Program-made: the position numbers and the translations under genes
Shown here: one piece after another, positions 18,768 through 28,117 of the stretch
Layout of the letters: each line of letters starts with the position of its first letter
How positions within the stretch are numbered: the first letter of the stretch is position 1
NCBI GenBank assembly: GCA_040081625.1
Contig: JBEBGD010000001.1
Span: 64,001-128,000, forward strand
Direction of reading: 5' to 3'
DNA length: 64,000 nucleotides
Origin: Chthoniobacteraceae bacterium
Lineage (GTDB): Bacteria > Verrucomicrobiota > Verrucomicrobiia > Chthoniobacterales > Chthoniobacteraceae
Notes under the pieces: generated by a model
The model's input: only the letters and a program-made list of their open reading frames with translations
The model's database searches: none
Told to the model about the DNA's origin: nothing

Positions 18768-20147
18768 ATGAAACCGTCTCCCACTCCCCGTCGTGAATTT
18801 CTCAAGACCGCCGCTGCCGTCTCCGCGCTGGCTGGCGTGAAGATCCCCGCCGTTCACGCGGCGGGCAGCGAGCAGATCAATGTCGCCCTCGTCGGCTGCG
18901 GCGGACGCGGCACGGGCGCGGCGAAGAACGCGCTCGATCAGAGCGGCCCGCCGATCAACATCGTCGCGATGGCGGATGTGTATGAGCACAAGCTCAAGAA
19001 CAGCTTCGAGAACCTTTCGAAGCAAAACGCCACGCAGGTGAAGGTGCCGGAGGATCACAAATTCATCGGCTTCGACGGCTACAAGAAGGCGATCGACTGC
19101 CTCAAGAAGGGCGACGTCGCGATCTTCACAACGCCGATGGCGTTCCGCGCGCCGCACTTCAAATACGCGATCGAGAAGGGCGTGAACATCTTCATGGAGA
19201 AGCCGGTTACGGCGGACGGTCCGAAGTCGCGCCTGATGCTCGAACTGAACAAGCAGGCCGAAGCGAAGGGGCTGAAAGTGGGCGTCGGATTGAACAGCCG
19301 TCACAGCCGCGGCATGCAGCAGCTCAAGGAGCGCGTCGATAACGGCGAGATCGGCGACATCATGTTCATGCGCGGGTATCGCATGCAGCCGCCGATCGGT
19401 TCGGCCTTCTCGGAAAAATATCCCGGTCCGAACAACGACCTGCCCGGCAAGCCGAATGAACTGCTCTGGCAGCTCTCGCGTTTCCACAGCTTCATCTGGG
19501 CGAGCGGCGGCGGGTTTAGCGACTTCAACATTCATCACATCGATCACCTGTGCTGGATGAAGGGCGCGTGGCCGGTCAAGTGCCAGGCTCTCGGCGGTCG
19601 GACGTTGCGGGGCAACTACGTGGACCAGAACTTCGACAGCTACTCGTGCGAATACACCTTTGAGGACGGCACGAAACTCTACATGGACGGACGCACCATG
19701 ATTGGCGCGTATTCGCACTACTCGAGCTACGTGCATGGCACGAAGGGAATCGCGGTTTGCGCGAAGAGCGGCGATACGGGCCAGCCGTCGAGCATCCACA
19801 AAGGCCAGAACCCCGACCGCAAGAGCCAGGTTTGGGCAGCCGAGGAAGGCCCGACCGAGAAGTCGTCGCACTTCAACGAGTGGACCGATCTCGTGGACGC
19901 GATCCGCAACGACAAGCCGTTCAACGAAGTGAAGCGCGGCGTCGAGGCGAGCGTGGTGACGAACATGGGCCGCTTCGCCGCGCACACCGCTCAGGAGGTG
20001 ACCTTCGAGCAGATGCTCAATCACACTCACGAATACTGCCCGGACGCCGACAAGCTCACGATGGACAGCCCGCCGCCGATCGTTGCCGACAAGGACGGCA
20101 AGTATCCCGTGCCGGAGCCGGGCCTGAAGAAGGACCGCGAGTATTGA
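18768..20147 (+). CDS. Tat-exported Gfo/Idh/MocA family oxidoreductase
   Basis: PRREFLK twin-arginine signal, VGCGGRGTGAA, EKP motif. Confidence 0.9.
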   Translation: MKPSPTPRREFLKTAAAVSALAGVKIPAVHAAGSEQINVALVGCGGRGTGAAKNALDQSGPPINIVAMADVYEHKLKNSFENLSKQNATQVKVPEDHKFIGFDGYKKAIDCLKKGDVAIFTTPMAFRAPHFKYAIEKGVNIFMEKPVTADGPKSRLMLELNKQAEAKGLKVGVGLNSRHSRGMQQLKERVDNGEIGDIMFMRGYRMQPPIGSAFSEKYPGPNNDLPGKPNELLWQLSRFHSFIWASGGGFSDFNIHHIDHLCWMKGAWPVKCQALGGRTLRGNYVDQNFDSYSCEYTFEDGTKLYMDGRTMIGAYSHYSSYVHGTKGIAVCAKSGDTGQPSSIHKGQNPDRKSQVWAAEEGPTEKSSHFNEWTDLVDAIRNDKPFNEVKRGVEASVVTNMGRFAAHTAQEVTFEQMLNHTHEYCPDADKLTMDSPPPIVADKDGKYPVPEPGLKKDREY

Positions 20148-20160
20148 GCAAAGCCCGGCG

Positions 20161-20267
20161 ATGGAGCGCTGGCGTCCCCGCCGGCCACGATCCTGCCGTG
20201 GCGAAGCCGACTGCATTTGAGGCGCTGCGCGTGCGTGTTGATGGCCGGCGAGACGCCAGCGCTCCAT
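20161..20267. repeat. REP-like long inverted repeat
   Basis: ATGGAGCGCTGGCGTCCCCGCCGGCCA (20161-20187) versus TGGCCGGCGAGACGCCAGCGCTCCAT (20242-20267): complementary apart from one mismatch and one indel. Confidence 0.8.
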
Positions 20268-20937
20268 GAACGCGCTCATCTCCGCACGCGATCTCACGCG
20301 CACCTACGCAAACGGCGTCCGCGCGCTCGCCGGCGTGTCGTTTGAAATCGACGTCGGCGATTTCGTCGCGATCACCGGCCCGAGCGGCTGCGGCAAGAGC
20401 ACGCTGCTGCACCTGCTCGGCGGGCTCGACACGCCGACGAGCGGCAAGCTTTCGATCGATGGGCTCGCGTTGCACGCCGCGAAGGAAGCGGAGCTGACCC
20501 GCTTCCGCCGCCGCACAGTCGGCATCGTCTTCCAGTTCTTTCACCTACTGCCGACGATGAGCGCGGTGGAGAATGTGATGCTCCCGCGCCTGCTCCACGG
20601 CGAAGCGTCGCGCATCGTCCGTCCGCGCGCCGAGGCGCTGCTCGCGCAGGTCGGCCTCGCGGATCGTGCCACGCATTTTCCGCATCAGCTCAGCGGCGGC
20701 GAGATGCAGCGCGTCGCCATCGCCCGCGCGCTCGTCGGCGAACCACGCCTGCTCCTCGCCGATGAACCGACCGGCAATCTCGACACCATCGCCGCCGCGC
20801 AAGTGCTGGCCTTGCTCAAAGAGATCGCTTCCCAAGGCTTCGTCACCTTGGTAGTCGTCACCCACAGCACCGAGGTCGCGCGACTTGCACGGAGACAACT
20901 CCGGATGCGCGACGGCGGTCTGCTACCCGACCCATGA
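20266..20937 (+). CDS. ABC transporter ATP-binding protein (LolD/MacB-like)
   Basis: GPSGCGKST, FQFFHL, LSGGE.QRVAIARA, ADEPTGNLD, VTH. Confidence 0.92.
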   Translation: MNALISARDLTRTYANGVRALAGVSFEIDVGDFVAITGPSGCGKSTLLHLLGGLDTPTSGKLSIDGLALHAAKEAELTRFRRRTVGIVFQFFHLLPTMSAVENVMLPRLLHGEASRIVRPRAEALLAQVGLADRATHFPHQLSGGEMQRVAIARALVGEPRLLLADEPTGNLDTIAAAQVLALLKEIASQGFVTLVVVTHSTEVARLARRQLRMRDGGLLPDP

Positions 20938-21410
20938 GCCAAGACGAACTGCGCACCAAACTTCGCAACGCCCCCATCTTCCGCGAATTCACCGACCGTG
21001 ATGTCTCGGAACTGCTCAACCTCCTCGAGTTGGCAAATGTTCCCGCCGGCACGGCCATCGTCCGCCAGGATGATCTCGGCGACGCGATGTATGTCGTCAT
21101 CGCGGGGCAATGCCGCGTCGTCCACCACAAGGGCGGGCGCGACATCGAACTCGGGATCATCAAGGAGGGCGACTTCTTCGGCGAGATCGCGCTGGTCGAT
21201 CATGGTCCGCGCAGCGCCGATGTCATCGCGCTCACCGACACGACCTTCGTGACGATCTCGCAGGCCGTGATCTCTGCGCTGGCCGGGGTGCATCCCGGCG
21301 CCGCCTTCAAGCTGGTCGTGGCGATCGGCCGCATCGTCGTCGAGCGCTTGCGCCACGCAAACGAGCGCTACGTGGACAGCCTGCTCTTCCCGCTTCAGGG
21401 GAAGGATTGA
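20934..21410 (+). CDS. Stand-alone cyclic-nucleotide-binding domain protein
   Basis: GDFFGEIALVD.GPRSADV phosphate-binding cassette; no HTH. Confidence 0.88.
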   Translation: MSQDELRTKLRNAPIFREFTDRDVSELLNLLELANVPAGTAIVRQDDLGDAMYVVIAGQCRVVHHKGGRDIELGIIKEGDFFGEIALVDHGPRSADVIALTDTTFVTISQAVISALAGVHPGAAFKLVVAIGRIVVERLRHANERYVDSLLFPLQGKD

Positions 21411-22408
21411 GCGCCGCCGTGCGCTTCCGCGTCGTCATCACCGACCTCATCACCGATGCGCTCGAACGTGAGCGCGCCATACTCGACGATATCGCGGATG
21501 TGACCGCCCTCGGCGCGCGCCACGAAGACGAACTCGCCGGGCGCATCGAGGAAGCCGACGCGCTCATCGTCTTCCACGACATCGCGGTGACGCGCAAAAC
21601 CATCGCCCGACTCACGCGCTGCCGGCTCATCGTCCGCGCCGGTGTCGGCTTCGACAACGTGGACCACTCCTTTGCCCGCGAGCGCGGTATCCCGGTCGCG
21701 AACGTGCCTGACTACGGGGCGGAGGAAGTCGCCGACTCGGCGATCGGCATGATGCTCGCGCTCACACGCGGCATCTCGTTTTTCAACACGCGCATGCACG
21801 ACGGTCGCGGCGCGTGGGACTACCGCGAAGGCGTGCCGCTGCGGCGTTTGCGCGGGCGCGTCTTCGGCATCGTCGGACTGGGGCGCATCGGGAGCGCAGC
21901 GGCTCTGCGCGCGAAAGCGATCGGTCTCGACGTGATCTTCCACGACCCTTACGTGCGCGACGGCTGCGACAAGGCGCTCGGCATCCGCCGCGTCGAGACG
22001 CTCGACGAACTGCTCGCGCAAAGCCACGTCGTCAGCCTGCACTGCCCGCTCACGCCGGAGACGCGCGGTTTGATCGGCGCGACTGCGCTCGCGAAAATGC
22101 AGCGCGGCGCCTTCCTCGTGAACACCGCGCGCGGCGCCATCGTGGACACCTCCGCCATCGCTCCCGCAATCGCGAGCGGCCAGCTCGCAGGCGCGGCGCT
22201 CGACGTCCTGCCCATCGAGCCGCCGCCCGCCGATGATCCGCTGACGCTCGCGTGGCGCGATCCGCAGCACCCCGCGCACGACCGGGTCATCATCAATCCG
22301 CACGCGGCGTTCTGCTGCGAGGAAGGCATGATCGAGATGCGCACGAAGTCCTGCGCAAACGTCCGCCGCTGCCTGCTCGGCGAGCGGGTGCGAAATGTCG
22401 TGAACTAG
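21407..22408 (+). CDS. D-2-hydroxyacid dehydrogenase (CtBP-like)
   Basis: GVGFDNVD, NVPDYG.EEVAD, GLGRIG, NTARG, PHAAF. Start uncertain (TTG 21407 or GTG 21419). Confidence 0.88.
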   Translation: MSAAVRFRVVITDLITDALERERAILDDIADVTALGARHEDELAGRIEEADALIVFHDIAVTRKTIARLTRCRLIVRAGVGFDNVDHSFARERGIPVANVPDYGAEEVADSAIGMMLALTRGISFFNTRMHDGRGAWDYREGVPLRRLRGRVFGIVGLGRIGSAAALRAKAIGLDVIFHDPYVRDGCDKALGIRRVETLDELLAQSHVVSLHCPLTPETRGLIGATALAKMQRGAFLVNTARGAIVDTSAIAPAIASGQLAGAALDVLPIEPPPADDPLTLAWRDPQHPAHDRVIINPHAAFCCEEGMIEMRTKSCANVRRCLLGERVRNVVN

Positions 22409-22418
22409 ACGACGCCTC

Positions 22419-23669
22419 ATGCGCGCTCGCTTCACACTCCTCGCCGTGCTCATGTCCTTTGCGCGGGCCGATGACTGGCCGCAATGGCGCGGTCCACAGC
22501 GCGATGGAGTGTGGCGCGAGTCGTTCCCGGTGGAGGGTGTGAAGATCGTGTGGCGCGCTCCGGTGGGCGCGGGCTGGGCGAGTCCGAGCGTCGCGGATGG
22601 GCGGGTGTTCGTCGCGGACGCGGAATTGGTGAAGCCGACCGCGCGTGAGCGAGTGCAGGGCTTCGATGCGACGAGCGGGAAGGTGCTGTGGACTTACGCT
22701 TACGACGTGTCGTATCCCGAGTGGGCGTTCTCGCCCGATCAAGCCAACGGCCCTGCCGCGACGCCCGTGGTTGTGGACGGGAAGGTTTATGCGCTCGGCG
22801 GAAGCGGCGAGGTCCTGTGCCTCGCGGCGGCGACAGGCGAACTGCTCTGGCGCAAGGATCTCGGCAAGGAATACAAAGTGCCGACGCTACAGTGCCGCCC
22901 GTCGCCGCTGATCGATGGCGATCTGCTCATCATGCATCCCGGTGCAAAACCCGGCGCGTGCGTGCTGGCGCTGGACCGTCACACCGGGCGCGAAGTGTGG
23001 AAGGCGCTGAACGAATCCGTCTCGAACAGCTCGCCGATCATCATCACCTCGGGCGGGGAGCGGCAGTTGATCGTGTGGACCGGGGAGTCGGTCGCGTCGC
23101 TCGATCCCGCGAACGGCACGACGTTCTGGCGCGAGCCGATGACGACGAGCAGCAACGACGACATCGCCACGCCCGTCTGGTCGGGCGACCGGCTGCTCAT
23201 CAGCGGGCTCATGTTCAAACTTGATGCGCGGAAGCCCGCGGCGTCCATCGTCTGGCCGGAGAATCGCGGCGTGAGCAAACGCGTGCTCAGCAACACCTCG
23301 ACGCCGATGCTCGCGGGCGACTTGGTCTTCTCCGCGACGAACCGCGGCGACCTCGTATGCCTCGACGCGACGACCGGCGCGGAGTTGTGGAAGACGGACA
23401 AGGCGACCGACCACAAGAGCGGCCCTAGCATTCACCTCACGCAGCATGGCGACGCCTTCTTCCTCTACAACAATCTCGGCGAACTGATCCGCGCGCGACT
23501 CACGCGCACGGGCTACGAGGAGATCAGCCGCTCGCGCGTGATCGAACCGGTGATGCCCTTCGGCGGGCGCAAGCTCACGTGGTCGCCGCCTGCGTATGCG
23601 AACCGCCACATCTTCGTGCGTAACGAGCGCGAGCTTGTCTGCGCATCGCTCGCAGCCGGGGCGAAGTGA
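22419..23669 (+). CDS. PQQ-binding-like beta-propeller protein
   Basis: Signal peptide, DWPQWRGP.RDG, repeated G..LW motifs. Confidence 0.87.
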   Translation: MRARFTLLAVLMSFARADDWPQWRGPQRDGVWRESFPVEGVKIVWRAPVGAGWASPSVADGRVFVADAELVKPTARERVQGFDATSGKVLWTYAYDVSYPEWAFSPDQANGPAATPVVVDGKVYALGGSGEVLCLAAATGELLWRKDLGKEYKVPTLQCRPSPLIDGDLLIMHPGAKPGACVLALDRHTGREVWKALNESVSNSSPIIITSGGERQLIVWTGESVASLDPANGTTFWREPMTTSSNDDIATPVWSGDRLLISGLMFKLDARKPAASIVWPENRGVSKRVLSNTSTPMLAGDLVFSATNRGDLVCLDATTGAELWKTDKATDHKSGPSIHLTQHGDAFFLYNNLGELIRARLTRTGYEEISRSRVIEPVMPFGGRKLTWSPPAYANRHIFVRNERELVCASLAAGAK

Positions 23670-23679
23670 GCGCTCCGCG

Positions 23680-26600
23680 CTACGGCCGCTTCACGCTCAC
23701 GTGGTCGAAGATCGCGGTCGTCGCCTCGTCGGGATCGGCGGCGCCGGCGATGAGCGCGACGTAACACGCGGCGCCCATCGGCACCGCACGCACGCCGAGC
23801 GAACTCCACGCGACGCCGTCCACGGAGATGTAAGAGGTAAAGTTTGTGCCACGGCGCACGAGCTTGACCCACTGCGGCGCGGCGACACCGGGACGTGCGG
23901 ACGTCGCGGTGCTCGCGGCGGGCTCAGCGCGCGACTTTCGCAACGCACCTTGCTCGCACGTGATCACAACGGCGGCGTGACGCGCGCTTGCGGAGAGCGA
24001 TTCGCGAAACATCACGCCCGCGTGCGCCGCCGGCGCGGTTTCGGCGAGCGAGGCGAGGCGGGCGATGATCGTGCCATCGCCGCTCCACGGGCGAAAGACG
24101 ACGCGGCCCTGGTCCGATGGCGCACCGAGTCCCGGCCCGACGGTTGTGAGCGTGAAAACACCGACACTCTCCGAAGCGGTGCCGCCTTGTGCAGTCGGGC
24201 CGATGTCGCGGCTGACCCAGGGCGCGGGCAGCGCGCCCGGCACGGTGCTCACGGTGACTGCGATCGGCGTGGAGGTCGTCTGGAGGCCGGAGAAATCGAA
24301 GGCCCGCGCGGTGAGCGAGTAGCTGCCCGCCGCGACGCCGGGCCACGAAAAGCGGAACGGTGCGCGCGCATCGATCGCAAGCTTCTTTGCGCCGTTGAAG
24401 AGCTCGACCCGCGCAATGCCGCCGTCGGGATCGCTCGCTCGCGCGTCGATCGCGATGACGACGGGCGTCGAGAATGTCGCGCCTTCGGCGGGGCTGCTGA
24501 CCGCGACCGTGGGAGCGGAAGGCGAGGGGAGTGCGCGCACGACGACGTTGTCGAAAACGGCGCTCGCGGCCTGGCCGTCGGCGCCTGAGGACGCGACGAG
24601 GCCGACGAAAAGCGACCTCGCCATCGGGAGCGACGCGGTGCCGAGTTGCTGCCACTGCGCGCCATCGGTGGAGGTGTAAGCCGTGCAGCGCAAGCCGTGT
24701 CGCACAAGCCGCAGCCAGCGCGGCGCGGCGATCATGGTGTTGACCTGCTGCGCGAAGGTCTGGCCGGGCTGCGTGCGCCAGCGGAAGAGCGCGCCCTGGC
24801 CCACGGTCAGCTCGAGCAGCGCGAAGCGAGATGTGCCGCCCGGCTTCTCGCGAAACATCACGCCGCCGAATGATTTCGCGACCGGCCCGCTGAGCGTCGG
24901 GAGGCGCGCGATGATTTCGCCGTCGCCGATCCACGGCTGTGAGAGGAAGTGAAACTCGTCCTTGAGCGCGCTCACGCCCGCGCCGGACGCGTCGAGAGTG
25001 TAGGTGCCGTCGCTGTAGCTGGCCTGCCCGGCGATGTTGACGACGCCGATGTCGGCGGCGTGCCAGACCGGCGGCAGGGTGGTGTCGCTGTTCATCGTCA
25101 CGTGGACTGGAGCGGAGTCGCGCGTGGCGCCGCGGTCATCGGTCGCGCGGGCGAAAAGGGTGTGGCTGCCTGCGGGTGCGCTCGGCCATTGGATGGCGAA
25201 CGGCGCGCTCGTGTCGGTGCCGAGCAAACTGGCGCCGGCGAAGAACTCGACGCGCGCCACGCCGCCGTCGGTGTCGCTGGCACTCGCGGTGAGCGAGACG
25301 GTCGCCGGGAGGGTGAAGGTCGCATCTTCCGCAGGGCTCGTGAGCGTGACGTTCGGAGGCTGGTTTGGCGTTCCGGTGACGTTGATCACGAGCCCCGACG
25401 ATTGGGTCACGCCGCCATCGCCGTCGTTGATCGTCGCCGTGAGCGTGCGCGTTCCATTGCCCTGAAAAGCCGCGCCGACGCGCCGCAGGATCGCCCTCGC
25501 GGCCGCGGGCGTGGCGACCGAGTTGAAGGTGATTACGAGCGGCTGTCCCGCAGTGCCGCCCGCGAGCGTGCCGACGACGTAACCTTCATAGCGCACATCC
25601 GCACCGCTCAGATTGACCTGCGCCGCGCCGTCGCCCTGCGGCAGAATCCCGAGCGTGTCGCCGCTGAGCGCGCCGGCGGACTGCACGGTGAGTCCGCCGA
25701 AGTCGAACTGCAGGCTGTCCGCGTCCGAGATCGTGGCGGCGGCATCGACGACGAGCAGGCCCGTGCCCGCGATGCGGCTGAGCGGCGAGGCGGCCCACGC
25801 GATCTGCGGCGCGATGTTGGTCGTGTTCGGATGGAGCCGCACTTCCCGTGTCACCGATGCGCCGAGGTCGTCGGTCACCGTCGCGGTGATGCGGTAGTAA
25901 AACGTCGAGCCGGCGGTGTGGTTCGGCGAGATCACGGCGGTGGTGGATGCCGCATCGATCGGCGGCTCCGGGTGCTCGTGCGCGTCGTGGTGGAGAAAGA
26001 CCTGCCAGCGCGTGGTGGTGGGATGCCCCGGCGATTCCACGACCCGCCTCAGCAGAGCGTAGGAGTTCGTCGCGTTGAGCGCATACTTTCCGCCATCGAC
26101 CGGGCTCACGATCTCGAGCTGCGGCAGCGTGTGATTCACAAAGACCGCGAGTGTCGCCTGTGTGGTTGCGTCGAAGGGATCCTTCACGGTCAGTGTCACG
26201 TCGAAGCGCGCCGCGCCGCCGATTGCGAATGTCTTCGTGGGATTCGCCAGCGTGCTCGTGGTGCCGTCGCCGAAGGACCAGAGATACGTGAGCGGGTCGC
26301 CGTCGGGATCTGCTGCGTTGCTCGTGAAATGAATCGTGAGCGGGGACGGGCCGATCGTCGCGTCGGCGCTCGCGCTGGCTGTCGGCGGGCGATTGTCCGA
26401 AGCGGTGTAAACGACCTGCCGCACGATGTTCGCCGCAAGGCCGACGTAGTAGAGCGAGCCGCGCGTCGGGTGAGTCGTGATGAAGACCGGGCCGCTCGCG
26501 GCGGGCAGGAAGTTGCGCACGAGCGTCGGCTTGTTGTTCGCATCGAGCGTCAGGTTGCGGATCCAATTTGCCGCGTAGTCGGCGAAGAAATACGTGCCCG

Positions 26601-27975
26601 CATACGAGGCGGGAAAATCCGTGCCGGTGTAAAAGACCCCGCCTGTCGCGCACTCGCCGATAAACTGCGGACCGGCGACGGGCGAGCCCGGTGCGCCGAC
26701 GGGGATCGTCGTGGCGGTGTTGCCGCTGAAGATGCCCGTGCGCACGGGGCCGGGCAGCGCTTCGTCGCGGCCGATGTCGAGCACGGGGCGATGGTGCATG
26801 AAGCGCGGAATGCTCGAAGGCACCTGGAGTGCCGGGTTGAGCGGATTCGGCCACGACGGCGTGCCGAGTGTCGCGCGGATGAGCAGATCCCGGAACCGGA
26901 AGAAGCCGCCGAGCGGATTCGGCGCGTCGCGATTCACGGCGTCCGAGGCTTGATAGAGCAGCTCGTTGCTGAAGCCTTCGTAGAGCGGCCAGCCGCAGTT
27001 TTTCCCCGGCCCGTCGATGATGTGGTGGCTCTCCCGCGCTTCCCAGCCCACGTCGCCCAGCGCGATCGTGCCAGGGTTTGCGTCCGTGGGGTTCGTGCTG
27101 CCGGTGCCGGGCTTGAGGCAGATGCGATACGGATTTCGCAGCCCGAGGGTCCACACGCGCGAGCGTGCCGAGCGCGGATTCGCCGCGGTGTAGAAGGGAT
27201 TGCTCGCGATGCCGTCGCCGGTGGCCGGATCGATGCGCACGATTTTTCCGCAGAGCGAATCGACGAGCTGCGAGCGGAAGGAGCCGACGTTTTCCTTCGA
27301 GCGGATGATGCCGTCGGCGAGCCCCTGCGCCGCGTAGCTGCCGACTTCGCCGCCGTCATCGAGCACTTCGTAGCTCGCGCCGTCGCCGCACGAGGCGAGC
27401 AGCGTGCCATCGCGACCGAAGACGAGCTGACCCGGTCCGTGTGATTGAAAGAGGACGGGGAAGCCGGTGGCGATGCTCTCGCCCACGAGCACGCGGCGGC
27501 TTGCCGGATCGACGCTGCGAAACCCGTCGCTCGCGCGCGCGGTGTAGCGGGTGATGCGGCCGATCGTAGCGGAGAAATAATTGTTCGCCTGCGGATCGTA
27601 AGCCGGTGTGCCTGCGTGGATCAGGTGGTGCCGGTCCACGCAGTAGTAGAGATAGATGAATCCGTTTTGGGCGAAGTTCGGGTCCAGCGCGAAACCGATC
27701 AGCCCGAAGTCGCGCCACCCACCGACTTCATCGCTGAGATCGACGACGGGCAGCGGATGTTTCACGCCGTTCTCGACGATCCACACGCGGCCTTGTCGCT
27801 CCCAGACGAACGCCCGGTCGGGCACCGACGGGTCGAAGACGAGGCCGAGCGGCTCGCTCCAACTGCTCCCAAAGTCGCGCTCGATGAATCCGGGCGGCAG
27901 CGCGCGCGCGCCCGCCGTGCAGAGCGCCAGCGCGGTGAACAGGCATCGAAGGCGGGCGATCGGTAGGAAACTCAC
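23680..27975 (-). CDS. Large secreted protein: PQQ-dependent sugar dehydrogenase-like propeller, PKD, Ig-like domains and two (Big + beta-sandwich) units
   Basis: Signal peptide, G.L.FG.DG.L..S.GDG, GLRNPYR, PKD motif (DPDGD.LTY.W.FGDG), Big motif (ASD.DG.V.RVEFF.G) twice, GDG.IIAR..GVMFRE domain twice. Start (GTG 27975) inferred. Confidence 0.82.
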   Translation of the reverse strand: MSFLPIARLRCLFTALALCTAGARALPPGFIERDFGSSWSEPLGLVFDPSVPDRAFVWERQGRVWIVENGVKHPLPVVDLSDEVGGWRDFGLIGFALDPNFAQNGFIYLYYCVDRHHLIHAGTPAYDPQANNYFSATIGRITRYTARASDGFRSVDPASRRVLVGESIATGFPVLFQSHGPGQLVFGRDGTLLASCGDGASYEVLDDGGEVGSYAAQGLADGIIRSKENVGSFRSQLVDSLCGKIVRIDPATGDGIASNPFYTAANPRSARSRVWTLGLRNPYRICLKPGTGSTNPTDANPGTIALGDVGWEARESHHIIDGPGKNCGWPLYEGFSNELLYQASDAVNRDAPNPLGGFFRFRDLLIRATLGTPSWPNPLNPALQVPSSIPRFMHHRPVLDIGRDEALPGPVRTGIFSGNTATTIPVGAPGSPVAGPQFIGECATGGVFYTGTDFPASYAGTYFFADYAANWIRNLTLDANNKPTLVRNFLPAASGPVFITTHPTRGSLYYVGLAANIVRQVVYTASDNRPPTASASADATIGPSPLTIHFTSNAADPDGDPLTYLWSFGDGTTSTLANPTKTFAIGGAARFDVTLTVKDPFDATTQATLAVFVNHTLPQLEIVSPVDGGKYALNATNSYALLRRVVESPGHPTTTRWQVFLHHDAHEHPEPPIDAASTTAVISPNHTAGSTFYYRITATVTDDLGASVTREVRLHPNTTNIAPQIAWAASPLSRIAGTGLLVVDAAATISDADSLQFDFGGLTVQSAGALSGDTLGILPQGDGAAQVNLSGADVRYEGYVVGTLAGGTAGQPLVITFNSVATPAAARAILRRVGAAFQGNGTRTLTATINDGDGGVTQSSGLVINVTGTPNQPPNVTLTSPAEDATFTLPATVSLTASASDTDGGVARVEFFAGASLLGTDTSAPFAIQWPSAPAGSHTLFARATDDRGATRDSAPVHVTMNSDTTLPPVWHAADIGVVNIAGQASYSDGTYTLDASGAGVSALKDEFHFLSQPWIGDGEIIARLPTLSGPVAKSFGGVMFREKPGGTSRFALLELTVGQGALFRWRTQPGQTFAQQVNTMIAAPRWLRLVRHGLRCTAYTSTDGAQWQQLGTASLPMARSLFVGLVASSGADGQAASAVFDNVVVRALPSPSAPTVAVSSPAEGATFSTPVVIAIDARASDPDGGIARVELFNGAKKLAIDARAPFRFSWPGVAAGSYSLTARAFDFSGLQTTSTPIAVTVSTVPGALPAPWVSRDIGPTAQGGTASESVGVFTLTTVGPGLGAPSDQGRVVFRPWSGDGTIIARLASLAETAPAAHAGVMFRESLSASARHAAVVITCEQGALRKSRAEPAASTATSARPGVAAPQWVKLVRRGTNFTSYISVDGVAWSSLGVRAVPMGAACYVALIAGAADPDEATTAIFDHVSVKRP

Positions 27976-28117
27976 GGCGGACCGCTTGCCGGTAGCAGTC
28001 TTTGCGGCTCGCAGCAAGCCATCAGGACGCTTGACGCCGGGGGCAAGACCGTGGCCCTTACTCGTTCGCAATCCTGTCGCACGGCGGCGGGAATCAAAAA
28101 ACTTCGGAGGATGCGAA

